Shown in pieces: positions 24,297-37,621 of a stretch of 64,000 nt of DNA. The stretch comes from Eledone cirrhosa (Eukaryota), in assembly GCA_964016885.1 (NCBI GenBank), contig OZ024744.1:117924001-117988000 (forward strand), written 5' to 3'. The notes beneath the pieces are model-generated. The model searched no databases and had not been told where the DNA came from. It worked only from the letters and a program-made list of their open reading frames with translations. How positions within the stretch are numbered: the stretch's first letter is position 1; each line of letters begins with the position of its first letter. Made by a program: the position numbers and the translations under genes.

Positions 24297-26200
24297 CCTG
24301 TGTACCTGTCACATATGACATCTACCTTCCCTGACATGATATCATATCTCCTGTGTACCTGTCACATATGACATCTACCTTACCTGACATGATATTATAT
24401 CTCCTGTGTACCTGTCACATATAACATCTACCTTCCCTGACATGATATCATATCTCCTGTGTACCTGTCACATATGACATCTACCTTCCCTGACATGATA
24501 TCATATCTCCTGTGTACCTGTCACATATGACATCTACCTTACCTGACATGATATATCTCCTGTGTACCTGTCACATCTGACATCTACCTTCCCTGACATG
24601 ATATCATATCTCCTGTGTACCTGTCACATATGACATCTACCTTCCCTGACATGATCTCATATCTCCTGTGTACCTGTTACATATGACATCTACCTACCCT
24701 GACATCATCTCATATCTCCTGTGTACCTGTCACATATGACATCTACCTTCCCTGACATCATCTCATATCTCCTGTGTACCTGTCACATATGACATCTACC
24801 TTACCTGACATGATATATCTCTTGTGTACCTGTCACATATGACATCTACCTTCCCTGACATGATATTATATCTCCTGTGTACCTGTCACATATGACATCT
24901 ACCTTACCTGACATGATATATCTCCTGTGTACCTGTCACATATGACATCTACCTTCCCTGACATGATATTATATCTCCTGTGTACCTGTCACATATGACA
25001 TCTACCTTACCTGACATGATATTATATCTCCTGTGTACCTGTCACATATGACATCTACCTTACCTGACATGATATATCTCCTGTGTACCTGTCACATATG
25101 ACATCTACCTTCCCTGACATGATATTATATCTCCTGTGTACCTGTCACATATGACATCTACCTTCCCTAACATGATATTATATCTCCTGTGTACTTGTCA
25201 CATATGACATCTACCTACCCTGACATATTATATCTCTTGTGTACCTGTCACATATGACATCTACCTTCCCTGACATGAGCCAATTATATCTCCTGTGTAC
25301 CTGTCACATATGACATCTACCTTCCCTGACATGAGCCAATTATATCTCCTGTGTACCTGTCACATATGACATCTACCTTCCTTGATATGATATATCTCCT
25401 GTGTACCTGTCACATATGACATCTACCTCCCCTGACATGATATTATATCTCCTGTGTACCTGTCACATATGACATCTACCTTCCCTGACATGATCTCATA
25501 TCTCCTGTGTACCTGTCACATATGACATCTACCTTTCCTGACATGATCTCATATCTCCTGTGTACCTGTCACATATGACATCTACCTTCCCTGACATGAT
25601 CTCATATCTCCTGTGTACCTGTCACATATGACATCTACCTTCCCTGACAAGATATCATATCTCCTGTGTACCTGTCACATATGACATCTACCTACCCTGA
25701 CATGATATATCTCCTGTATACCTGTCACATATGACATCTACCTTCCCTGACATGATATCATATCTCCTGTGTACCTGTCACATATGACATCTACCTTTCC
25801 TGACATGATCTCATATCTCCTGTGTACCTGTCACATATAACATCTACCTACCCTGACATGATCTCATATCTCCTGTGTACCTGTCACATATGACATCTAC
25901 CTTCCCTGACATGATATCATATCTCCTGTGTACCTGTCACATATGACATCTACCTTCCCTGACATGATCTCGTATCTCCTGTGTACCTGTCACATATGAC
26001 ATCTACCTTCCCTGACATGATCTCGTATCTCCTGTGTACCTGTCACATATGACATCTACCTTCCCTGGCATGATCTCATATCTCCTGTGTACCTGTCACA
26101 TATGACATCTACCTTCCCTGACATGATATATCTCCTGTGTACCTGTCACATATGACATCTACCTTCCCTGACATGATCCCATTACATCTCCTGTGTACTT
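24297..26200. repeat. 53-bp tandem array (~36 copies), unit CCTGTGTACCTGTCACATATGACATCTACCTTCCCTGACATGATATCATATCT
   Basis: Visible; period 24298 to 24351. Confidence 0.95.
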
Positions 26201-26204
26201 GTTA

Positions 26205-26590
26205 TATACACCCTAACTGTTATATACACTGATTGTTATACACACCCTAACTGTTATATACACCCTAACTGTTATATACACCCTAATTGTTATATACACC
26301 ATAACTGTTATATACACCATAACTGTTATATACACCATAACTGTTATATACACCATAACTGTTATATACACCATAACTGTTATATACACCATAACTAAAT
26401 GTTATATACACCCTAACTAAATGTTATATACACCATAACTAAATGTTATATACATCAAAACTAGGCTTTTCCAGAGAAAGGGTGTGCTTTATATACTAAT
26501 GTGTGTTATACACAAATGTGTGTTATACACAAATGTGCTTTATACACAAATGTGTGTTATACACAAACGTGTGTTATACACAAATGTGTG
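26205..26590. repeat. 17-18-bp short tandem repeats (CTGTTATATACACCATAA; GTGTGTTATACACAAAT)
   Basis: Visible. Confidence 0.85.
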
Positions 26591-26679
26591 TAATGCACAG
26601 TAACAGATAGTTGTTTCAAGTATGAAGAAGTGCAGATATAGCTGTATGGTTATTAAGTTTACTTTGTGGCCACATGAGT

Positions 26680-26970
26680 TGTAACATGATAGGACTAGGG
26701 TCTCAAAACATACCTTTTGTGAGGTCAGCTAAACCTTCACATGTGTGAGATATAACAACAATATGTAGTGTTGATAGGACTGGGGTCCCTATCATTAAAA
26801 TAGCCAAGAAACCTCCCATGAGATACAACCTTGTAGGAGACCAGCTAAACCTACATAGGTGTGAGATGTAACAACATGATAGGACTGGGGTCCCTATCAT
26901 TAAAACACCCAAGAAACCTCCCATGAGATACATAGGTGTAACTAAACCTACATAGGTGTGATATGTAAGA
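26680..26970. repeat. ~105-bp repeat, same family as 14330-14790
   Basis: Shared GAGATACAACCTTGTAGGAGACCAGCTAAACCTACATAGGTGTGAGATGTAAC. Confidence 0.85.
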
Positions 26971-27064
26971 GCAACAGGGTGACATTTTAACTGTTATGAT
27001 GAATATAAAATAAAGTGAAATATATATAATTATTGGTCCCCACTATATTTTCTTTTCTTTTCAG

Positions 27065-27246
27065 GTGAACCAATTTATGAACCAGACTGTTATAAACAGC
27101 AGTCAGAATACCTCCCAAAATAGTCCAAGGACAGACTCTGAGCATTCCCCTGGGTATCTACAGCAGATCAGTCCTATTAGTCCGGCACCATTACCAAACC
27201 AATCTACAAGTCCTTTGCAGTTGTCAGGACAACAAAGACGCACCTG
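27065..27246 (+). CDS. ZNF541: ZNF541/TRERF1-like exon 3 (Ser/Pro/Gln-rich)
   Basis: Polypyrimidine tract + tttcag|; donor |gtacag; phases 0 and 2 match the neighbouring exons. Confidence 0.8.
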
Positions 27247-27282
27247 GTACAGTTTACTAAACTATAATTCTACATCAAATCA

Positions 27283-29388
27283 TAGTCTAATACTGAGTTA
27301 GTCTACCAAACTATATCATAGTCTAATACTGAGTTAGTCTACCAAACTATATAGTCTAATACTGAGTTAGTCTACCAAACTATATCATAGTCTAATACTG
27401 AGTTAGTCTACCAAACTATATCATAGTCTAATACTGAGTTAGTCTACCAAACTATATAGTCTAATACTGAGTTAGTCTACCAAACTATATTATAGTCTAA
27501 TACTGAGTTAGTCTACCAAACTATATAGTCTAATACTGAGTTAGTCTACCAAACTATATCATAGTCTAATACTGAGTTAGTCTACCAAACTATATAGTCT
27601 AATACTGAGTTAGTCTACCGAACTATATTATAGTCTAATACTGAGTTAGTCTACCAAACTATATTATAGTCTAATACTGAGTTAGTCTACCAAACTATAT
27701 AGTCTAATACTGAGTTAGTCTACCAAACTATATAGTCTAATACTGAGTTAGTCTACCAAACTATATAGTCTAATACTGAGTTAGTCTACCAAACTATATT
27801 ATAGTCTTATACTGAACTAGTCTACCAAACTATATTATAGTCTAATACTGAGTTAGTCTACCAAACTATATTATAGTCTAATACTGAGTTAGTCTACCAA
27901 ACTATATTATAGTCTAATACTGAGTTAGTCTACCAAACTATATAGTCTAATACTGAGTTAGTCTACCAAACTATATCATAGTCTAATACTGAGTTAGTCT
28001 ACCAAACTATATTATAGTCTAATACTGAGTTAGTCTACCAAACTATATTATAGTCTAATACTGAGTTAGTCTACCAAACTATATTATAGTCTAATACTGA
28101 GTTAGTCTACCAAACTATATAGTCTAATACTGAGTTAGTCTACCAAACTATATAGTCTAATACTGAGTTAGTCTACCAAACTATATAGTCTAATACTGAG
28201 TTAGTCTACCAAACTATATAGTCTAATACTGAGTTAGTCTACCAAACTATATTATAGTCTTATACTGAACTAGTCTACCAAACTATATTATAGTCTAATA
28301 CTGAGTTAGTCTACCAAACTATATTATAGTCTAATACTGAGTTAGTCTACCAAACTATATTATAGTCTAATACTGAGTTAGTCTACCAAACTATATAGTC
28401 TAATACTGAGTTAGTCTACCAAACTATATTATAGTCTAATACTGAGTTAGTCTACCAAACTATATTATAGTCTAATACTGAGTTAGTCTACCAAACTATA
28501 TTATAGTCTAATACTGAGTTAGTCTACCAAACTATATAGTCTAATACTGAGTTAGTCTACCAAACTATATAGTCTAATACTGAGTTAGTCTACCAAACTA
28601 TATTATAGTCTAATACTGAGTTAGTCTACCAAACTATATTATAGTCTAATACTGAGTTAGTCTACCAAACTATATAGTCTAATACTGAGTTAGTCTTCCA
28701 AACTATATTATAGTCTAATACTGAGTTAGTCTACCAAACTATATTATAGTCTAATACTGAGTTAGTCTACCAAACTATATCATAGTCTAATACTGAGTTA
28801 GTCTACCAAACTATATTATAGTCTAATACTGAGTTAGTCTACCAAACTATATCATAGTCTAATACTGAGTTAGTCTACCAAACTATATCATAGTCTAATA
28901 CTGAGTTAGTCTACCAAACTATATTATAGTCTAATACTGAGTTAGTCTACCAAACTATATAGTCTAATACTGAGTTAGTCTACCAAACTATATTATAGTC
29001 TAATACTGAGTTAGTCTACCAAACTATATCATAGTCTAATACTGAGTTAGTCTACCAAACTATATCATAGTCTAATACTGAGTTAGTCTACCAAACTATA
29101 TTATAGTCTAATACTGAGTTAGTCTACCAAACTATATTATAGTCTAATACTGAGTTAGTCTACCAAACTATATCATAGTCTAATACTGAGTTAGTCTACC
29201 AAACTATATTATAGTCTAATACTGAGTTAGTCTACCAAACTATATCATAGTCTAATACTGAGTTAGTCTACCAAACTATATCATAGTCTAATACTGAGTT
29301 AGTCTACCAAACTATATTATAGTCTAATACTGAGTTAGTCTACCAAACTATATTATAGTCTAATACTGAGTTAGTCTACCAAACTATC
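27283..29388. repeat. 33/36-bp tandem array (~60 copies), TAGTCTAATACTGAGTTAGTCTACCAAACTATA(TCA/TTA)
   Basis: Visible; begins about 35 nt after the exon 3 donor. Confidence 0.96.
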
Positions 29389-29644
29389 ATTTTACTGTTT
29401 TACACTAGTTTCTCTTAGGATTGTTATTAGCTGACTAAATATAATATTTAAAGACATATCAATAAGCTAATTCATCATCATCATCACTATGTTGTGTTTC
29501 CTCAGACAAAGAGGAATGATTGACAGGATGGCAGGTGTTACTCACCAAGTGGTGTTGAACTTGTCAAATCAAAGCGATGAAACAATATTTCCATTGGTCT
29601 TTCCAATCGCTGATACTATCTTCCAGTCACAAATCTTGGCAGAA

Positions 29645-29688
<44 letters not shown>

Positions 29689-30325
29689 ATGTCATCATTA
29701 TCACTGTTTAATGTCCATTTTGCATGCTTGCATGGATTAGACTGGTCATCTGTGTTGATAGGCAAGTCTTGCCAGAATTGGCCATGCCACACCTTGCCCC
29801 ATCAAGACTATAATCTTGGTTGGGGTTTTTACAGCTGGATGCCCTGCCTAACACCAACCACATTTACTGTGTTATATATATCGATTGACAAGATACCAGG
29901 CCTCATTTGCTTACTGAGAGGGAAGGAACTCGTCAAATCAGACCAAGGGAAGAATGTTTCCATTGGTCTTTCCAATTGTTGATACTATCTACCAGTCACA
30001 ACACTTGGCAGAAGGAGCAACATGAAATAAAGTGTCTAATCAAGGACATAATGCTTCATCTGATCAGAGAATCGAACTCGCAACCTCAGAATTGCGAATC
30101 CAATTCTCTAACCACTACAGTGTTTCTTATAAATATATTTTAGTTGAAAGTAGGGGTGTGTATTATAGGTGAGTTACTTGCACATCCACCAAAGATAGTA
30201 AATTTTCCTTTTACAGTTTCAGGATATATAATTTGGTCATAGTTTGTTGTTTTTAAATCTAACAGTCTATATCATACAAATACATACATACATACTTCTT
30301 CTTGCTTGAGAAAAGCTCCTTGTCT

Positions 30326-31440
30326 ATAAAGTGGTCATGTCACAACAAAAAGTACCCAGTACACACTGTAAAGTGGTCATGAAGGTGCCACAACAAAAAG
30401 TACCCAGTACACACTGTAAAGTGGTCATGTAGGTGTCACAACAAAAAGTACCCAGTACACACTGTAAAGTGGCCATGTAGGTGCCACAACAAAAAGTACC
30501 CAGTACACACTGTAAAGTGACCATGTAGGTGTCACAACAAAAAGTACCCAGTACACACTGTAAAGTGGTCATGTAGGTGTCACAACAAAAAGTACTCAGT
30601 ACACACTGTAAAGTGGTCATGTAGGTGTCACAACAAAAAGTACCCAGTACACACTGTAAAGTGGTCATGTAGGTGCCACAACAAAAAGTACCCAGTACAC
30701 ACTGTAAAGTGGTCATGTAGGTGCCACAACAAAAAGTACCCAGTACACACTGTAAAGTGGTCATGTAGGTGCCACAACAAAAAGTACCCAGTACACACTG
30801 TAAAGTGGTCATGTAGGTGCCACAACAAAAAGTACCCAGTACACACTGTAAAGTTGTCATGTAGGTGTCACGACAAAAAGTACCCAGTACACAGTAAAGT
30901 GACCATGTAGGTGTCACAACAAAAAGTACCCAGTACACACTGTAAAGTGGTCATGTAGGTGTCACAACAAAAAGTACCCAGTACACACTGTAAAGTGGTC
31001 ATGTAGGTGTCACAACAAAAAGTACACAGTACACACTGTAAAGTTGTCATGTAGGTGTCACGACAAAAAGTACCCAGTACACAGTAAAGTGACCATGTAG
31101 GTGTCACAACAAAAAGTACCCAGTACACACTGTAAAGTGGTCATGTAGGTGTCACAACAAAAAGTACCCAGTACACACTGTAAAGTGGTCATGTAGGTGT
31201 CACGACAAAAAGTACCCAGTACACACTGTAAAGTGGTCATGTAGGTGTCACAACAAAAAGTACCCAGTACACACTGTAAAGTAGTCATGTAGGTGTCACA
31301 ACAAAAAGTACCCAGTACACACTGTAAAGTGGTCATGTAGGTGTCACGACAAAAAGTACCCAGTACACACTGTAAAGTGGTCATGTAGGTGTCACAACAA
31401 AAAGTACCCAGTACACACTGTAAAGTGGTCATGTAGTTGT
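30326..31440 (+). repeat. 48-bp tandem array (GTCACAACAAAAAGTACCCAGTACACACTGTAAAGTGGTCATGTAGGT), RTE 3'UTR-related
   Basis: Visible; 16-aa periodicity in ORFs; homologous to 16890-16985. Confidence 0.95.
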
Positions 31441-31509
31441 CATGATAAAAAGTATCTTGTTTCATTTTCCTAAAAATTTTATATAATTAAATCTCATTGT
31501 AATTTTCAG

Positions 31510-31618
31510 GGATGAATCCAAGCCTGTAAAGTGTAATTTGTGTTCCAAAAGGTTCAAGAATATTCCTGCTTTAAATGGCCACATGAGACAACATGGCGGC
31601 TATTTCAAGAAAGTTAAG
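31510..31618 (+). CDS. ZNF541: ZNF541/TRERF1-like exon 4 (C2H2 finger 4); missing from the ORF track
   Basis: Acceptor tttcag|; translates (W)[36 protein letters not shown]; donor |gttggt. Confidence 0.9.
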
Positions 31619-31808
31619 GTTGGTGTATAGAACCTCCTTAGAAGGAGCTTTTGTCTACTGAGTGAAAGGATAATTTCAGTTGACCTTTTCATGACCTTTA
31701 ATGAAATAACATATATATAGATATATAGTTTATGTATTTCCTTAGAAAAGGTAAAGGAAAGAAGAGAGCTATTTAATTACATAATAAACAACACAATATA
31801 ATTATTCC

Positions 31809-31872
31809 ATTACTAAAGGTTTCAGGAAACTAGACGATCCTTACAGAAATGTCCAGCCCATTCATCAGATAA
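31809..31872 (-). ncRNA. Hammerhead-like motif, decayed
   Basis: The - strand reads at CTGATGA atggg CTGGAC...GTCTAG tttcct GAAAC cttta GTA at. Confidence 0.45.
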
Positions 31873-32344
31873 AATAGTTTTGGATATAAGTTTTGAAATT
31901 GATATCTATTAAAAATGAAAGTGAGACTCAGTTAAAATAACATCTTATAACAGGAAAAAAATGTATCTATATATATATATACACATACAAATATACAAAC
32001 GCACACACATAAAACCACATGTGCGCATCAACCACATATATACACTCATACACACATGCATACATATATATACACACACACACACACATATATATATAAA
32101 TACACATACGTGTATGTAAATACAGATACACAAGTATACACACAATGCATATATATATATATTTATACACGCAAATACATATATACAGTATGAAAGGACA
32201 TGAATACATAGATTTTTTTTTTAAATTATAAAAATTATCAGCGTATAAAAATATATAATAAAAAAAATATATATATTTATATAACCCTGTCTTAACAACA
32301 TTTCATAATTATATATATATTTATGAATAATTAAGATTAGATTA

Positions 32345-33240
32345 GTTGTAGGCAAGAGACTACTGACAATCATCTCTGCCTATGCTCCCCAGGCAGGCCT
32401 AGGTAAAGAAGAGAAAGACTGCTTTTACGAGCAACTTTTAGAAACAGCCTCAATGACAGAGGACAGAGATATCGTTATGTTAACTGGTGACTTCAATGGT
32501 CATGTTGGACAGCTCCAGGATGGTTACACTGGTGTACATGGTGGGCACGGTTGTGGCTCAAGAATCGAAGGAGTGAGGCTTCTTGAATTTTGTGATGCAA
32601 ATGCACTAACCATTTGCAACTTCAAGAAACCTACCAACCAGCTAATAACCTACCAATCAGGCGAGCACATAAGCCAGATTGACTTCCTGCAAGTTAGACA
32701 GCGAGACAGACAGATGGTGTCAAATACTAAGGCATGCCCCGGGGAAGAATATACCCCACAGCATAGATTAGTCATTAGTGACATCTCAATAAGCAAGAGA
32801 CAAAATGAGACATACAGGAAGGTGTGAAAAAGGCTTGGAAGCTAAAAGACCTTTCATTAAAATACAAATTTAGGAAAGCCCTTCAAGATGTGTATAACGA
32901 GAAAGAAGACGATTTAGAATCATATGACATAGATAATAACTGGAATTTCTTACATGACAACTTACTGCAGGCTACTGATGAAACTTGTGGCCGGAGCAGA
33001 GCTCTGACTAGACAGTGACCTGGCTGCCCATGGAAACTTCTCTATGCTGACGATCTGGTTCTTATAGCAGAATCAGTAGAGGAGCTAGAGAATAAATTCT
33101 GGCTATGGAAACAGCAGTTGGAATCAAGAGGACTGAGAGTGAACCTAGCATGAAAGTAGCAAAGAGGACAAAACTTTGATTCCATCAGGGAAATGGCCAT
33201 GTTTGATATGTAGGAAAGGAGTACACCATCGTCATTACAG
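32345..33240 (+). mobile_element. RTE LINE fragment (endonuclease, internally deleted to the RT LLYADDL region)
   Basis: SAYAPQ, TGDFNGHVG, SQIDF, PQHRLV; then LYADDLVLIAES. Confidence 0.85.
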
Positions 33241-33244
33241 ACAC

Positions 33245-33628
33245 ACGTCTCCCTGACAATACCACAATTCTCCTTGCAATCCTGAACACCTCACGTTTTT
33301 GGTCCTCACGTTGTAGAATATGCTTGAACTTACTATCCACTGCTTCCCTTCTTGCAAAGTACATTTGTCTCCTAGCTCCTCTCCTAGCTAACTAATAGAG
33401 TTCTCTACTACCCCTATCCTGCCATTCTTTCCAAGCCTACTTTTTGCCCTTGATGGACTCCTCCACCTTACTGTTCCACCACCATGTCACTCTCCTCCTG
33501 CCTATAGGTCTGCTCCAGCCACAGATTTCATCAGTCACCTTCAACAGGTTAAATTTCAGGAATTCCCACTGTTCCTCTATATTGTACATCTCTAATTGCT
33601 CTAACCTTACTGTCAAAAGCATCAAGTA
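33245..33628 (-). mobile_element. RTE LINE linker fragment
   Basis: TDEICGWSR...RRVTWWWNSKVEESIKGKK. Confidence 0.75.
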
Positions 33629-33977
33629 ATCATCATCATTTCATCATTTCATTTTACGTCCGCTTTTTCCCTGCTTGCAAGCGTGGCACGGGAACTGATT
33701 CTGGCTTGATTTCTACAGCTAGATGCCCTTCCTAACACCAACCTCATTTACAGTGAGTGCTGGGTGCTTTTTTGCCGTGGCACCTCCACGACCACTTTGC
33801 AGTGGAATGATATGGACCCCAGTCCCTATCATCTCATTTCTACAGCTGAGTAAACTGGAGCAATGTGAAATAAAGTGTCTTGCTCAAGGAAACAACACAT
33901 CACCCGGTCTGAGAATTGAACTCACAACCTTTCGATTGCAAGGCCAATGCTCTAACCACTAAGCCATGTGCCTCCAT
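33629..33977 (-). mobile_element. tRNA-derived SINE family B (CORE-like centre, RTE-related tail)
   Basis: Reverse complement of 35730-36070. Confidence 0.85.
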
Positions 33978-35118
33978 ATGTCTGATACAGCTTGGTACCA
34001 GTGACATCACAACTATATATATACTATATATATTATATATAATGTTGTCCAAGAGAAAGGTAATGTCTGATACAGCTTGGTACCAGTGACAACACAACTA
34101 TATATATACTATATATATATATATGATGTTGACCAAGGGTAAGGTAATGTCTGATACAGCTTGGTACCAGTGACATCACAAATATATATATACTATATAT
34201 ATTATATATGATGTTGTCCAAGGGAAAGGTAATGTCTGATACAGCTTGGTACCAGTTACATCACAACCATATATATACTATATATATTATATATGATGTT
34301 GTCCAAGAGAAAGGTAATGTCTGATACAGCTTGGTACCAGTGACATCACAACTATATATATACTATATATATTATATATGATGTTGTCCAAGAGAAAGGT
34401 AATGTCTGATACAGCTTTGTACCAGTAACATCACAACTATATATATACTATATATATATATATTATATATGATGTTGTCCAAGGGTAAGGTAATGTCTGA
34501 TACAGCTTGGTACCAGTGACATCACAACTATATATATACTATATATATTATATATGATGTTGTCCAAGAGAAAGGTAATGTCTGATGCAGCTTGGTACCA
34601 GTGACATCACAACTATATATATACTATATATATATTATATATGATGTTGTCCAAGAGAAAGGTAATGTCTGATACAGCTTGGTACCAGTGACATCACAAC
34701 TATATATACTATATATATTATATATGATGTTGTCCAAGGGAAAGGTAATGTCTGATACAGCTTGGTACCAGTTACATCACAACTATATATACTATATATA
34801 TTATATATGATGTTGTCCAAGGGAAAGGTAATGTCTGATACAGCTTGGTACCAGTTACATCACAACTATATATATACTATATATATTATATATGATGTTG
34901 TCCAAGGGAAAGGTAATGTCTGATACAGCTTGGTACCAGTTACATCACAACCATATATATACTATATATATTATATATGATGTTGTCCAAGGGAAAGGTA
35001 ATGTCTGATACAGCTTGGTACCAGTGACATCACAACTATATATATATACTATATATATTATATATGATGTTGTCCAAGGGAAAGGTAATGTCTGATACAG
35101 CTTGGTACCAGTGACATC
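33978..35118. repeat. ~80-86-bp tandem array (~14 copies) with an internal variable (TA)n
   Basis: ATGTCTGATACAGCTTGGTACCAGTGACATCACAAC recurs. Confidence 0.93.
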
Positions 35119-35265
35119 AAAACTTATTTCTACAGCTGAGTAAACTGGAGCAATGTCAAATAAAGTGTCTTGCTCAAAGACACACAGCCCAATCCAGAAA
35201 GCCCAACACTCACTCTAAACACTAAGCCTCATTTCAAGATAATTATAAATATGGTATAGAATGTG

Positions 35266-35462
35266 TTAACCCTATAGCATCTACATAACTCTATATTTAC
35301 CATTGTATTTTCATGGTAAAGACTTTAGCTCAGATTATCTTGAATCTATGAGATTTTGATGACGTTATTGTTTATTTTGAGAATATCTTAATGTCTGTTT
35401 GAACAGAAAGAGGGGAGAGGATTCTAGTAGGATAGGGCCAGTTGAAATTCTAAAGGGTTGAA
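35266..35462 (+). mobile_element. piggyBac-type MITE family 1, second copy
   Basis: TTAACCCTATAGCAT ... AATTCTAAAGGGTTGAA; collinear with 20736-20942. Confidence 0.8.
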
Positions 35463-35729
35463 CAGGGGGGAAGAGAGAGAGGTTTCTAGCCAGTTTAAAT
35501 TCTAAAGGTTTAAAAGGGGGGGGGGGGGATTTAGCCAGTTACAGCTAGCTGCATCTTTACTTTGTCAGCCACCTTGCCAGTGTGCAGTTTTGTGCATTAA
35601 TGTGGTATTACACTTATGATTCCAGATTGTGCTGTGCAACAGATTGTTTTGTTGGTAAGATACATGTGAGATGATAATAACAAAATATCCCCAACATATA
35701 TATATATATGTATACATATATATCATCAT

Positions 35730-36070
35730 CATGGAGGCACATGGCTTAGTGGTTAAAGCAATGGACTGGCAATCGAAAGGTTGTGAGTTCAATTCTCAGA
35801 CCGGGCGATGTGTTGTTTCCTTGAGCAAGACACTTTATTTCACATTGCTCCAGTTTACTCAGCTGTAGAAATGAGATGATAGGGACTTGGGTCCCTATCA
35901 TTCCACTGCAAAGTGGTCGTGGAGGTGTCACGGAGAAAAATCACCCAGCACTCACTGTAAATGAGGTTTGTGTTAGGAAGGGCATCCAGCTGTAGAAATC
36001 AAGCCAGAATCAGTTCCCGTCCCACCCTTGCAAGCAGGGAAAGTGGACGTAAAATGAAATGATGATGATG
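35730..36070 (+). mobile_element. tRNA-derived SINE family B, full length
   Basis: A box TGGCTTAGTGG, B box GAGTTCAATTC, CORE-like CCTTGAGCAAGACACTTT, 3' part shared with the RTE 3'UTR (GTTAGGAAGGGCATCCAGCTGTAGAAA), (TGA)n tail. Confidence 0.88.
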
Positions 36071-36268
36071 AATGATGATTTTACATCCACTTTACCCTGC
36101 TTGCAAGGGTGGCACGGGTCCTATTCAGCACAACATCTCTCCACTTGTCACGGTCCTTCGTCATCACCGTGTACTTCAACAATCTGAAGTCTGCTCTCAC
36201 CACCTCCGCCCTATATATATATAATAAGGAAATACAAAGTTTAGCTGATAAAGTCCCTTATTGATAAG

Positions 36269-36346
36269 GCTGTGATACATATTTCAAGGATAATATTGGT
36301 CACACAATTCAGCGTAGAAGCCATTGTCATGGTCTCTTCAGACAGC
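36269..36346 (-). ncRNA. Hammerhead-like motif with perfect 5-bp stem I
   Basis: The - strand reads GCTGT CTGAAGA g...~49 nt...GAAA tatgta TC ACAGC; stem II poorly paired. Confidence 0.55.
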
Positions 36347-36689
36347 TTCTTACATAATAAAGTTACAATGAAGGAGGTAACCCAATATTGAAGTGACAAG
36401 GGAACGGACAAACAGCAATGTTCATGAATCTAATGCCCGTTCCCCTAGAACTCGCTGTTAAAACAGCCGGAGCTCAGCCGTCGGGGTTCTGACTCTTCTC
36501 CTATTACCCACTCTACTACGCATAGTATTAAGTACTCTGGTGTGTTATGGTCCACCTGGTATCTTACCACACTTTCTTTGTTATATACATTGAGAGAGTT
36601 TAAATTCTAAAGTGTTAAACATTTTAGTCCTGTTTTTTATACTGATGTTACTGTTTTCCCATCCCATTTCCTGCTTATTCCACATATGT

Positions 36690-36795
36690 TATTACTACCA
36701 CTACTACCACCACCACTACTACTACCACCACCACCACTACTACTACCACCACCACCACTACTACTACTACTACCACCACCACCACTACTACTACC

Positions 36796-36826
<31 letters not shown>

Positions 36827-37072
36827 ACACTGCTGCTACTACTACTACTAATAATAATATTAATACTTATTGTCAATTGTTTAAATAGAGGAAGTGACCT
36901 TAATATTTGTTTAATAGGTGTTGTTGTGGTGGTGGTGTTCTAGTAGTGGTGGTAGTGGTGTTGTTGGTGATGTAGTTGAAGTGGTAGTGATGCTGGTGGT
37001 AGTGTTGTAGTTAGAGTGGTAGTGGTGGGGGTGGTGGTAACAGTAGTAGTGGTAGTAGTAGTTGTTATTGTA
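36690..37072. repeat. (CAC/TAC)n microsatellite followed by a complementary (GTG/GTA)n tract
   Basis: Visible at 36690-36850 and 36918-37072. Confidence 0.9.
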
Positions 37073-37093
37073 GTCTCCTTATCTTCCTTACAG

Positions 37094-37621
37094 GATAGTA
37101 ACAACATTAACAGCAAAGATCAGAAGAAAGTTGTAATAAAACACGAACCTGGTCAACCCTCGACTTTACCACCAGAAGTATTGCAGCAGAAACAAGAACA
37201 ACAACAACTTCAACAGCAGCAGCAGCTTCAACAACAACAACAGAGTCTGCAACAACAACTACAACAAGTTCAACAGAAACAACTGCAAAAGCAACTACAG
37301 CAACAGCAACAGCAACAGAAACAACAACAACAGTTACAGCAGCAACAGTTGCAACAACAATTACAGCAACAACAACAACAACAACAGCAACAGCAGCAGC
37401 AGCAGCTGCAACAGCAACAACAGCAACAGCTGCTGCAACAACAACAACAACAACAACAACAGTTACAACAACAGCAACTTCAGACTGCCACCATTCATGC
37501 CCTCGCACAATCATTTCAACAAACTGCAGAACAGGCCAGGTCGACCTCACAACCAGCAGCATCCTCCACTACACCGGTCGTCAGTATTTTCCAAGCACGT
37601 GTAACGCCACAATTATGTCAG
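37094..37621 (+). CDS. ZNF541: ZNF541/TRERF1-like exon 5 (polyQ; IKHE SUMO-consensus-like motif)
   Basis: ttacag| ... CAG|gtatga; phase 0/0; mixed CAA/CAG codons. Confidence 0.85.

Noticed and set aside
35730-35805. tRNA-like sequence with A and B boxes (also the heads of other SINE copies)
   Set aside because: No full cloverleaf; continues into SINE body and tail
36612-36943. His/Tyr-, Pro/Leu- and Gly/Ser-rich ORFs
   Set aside because: Trinucleotide microsatellite translations
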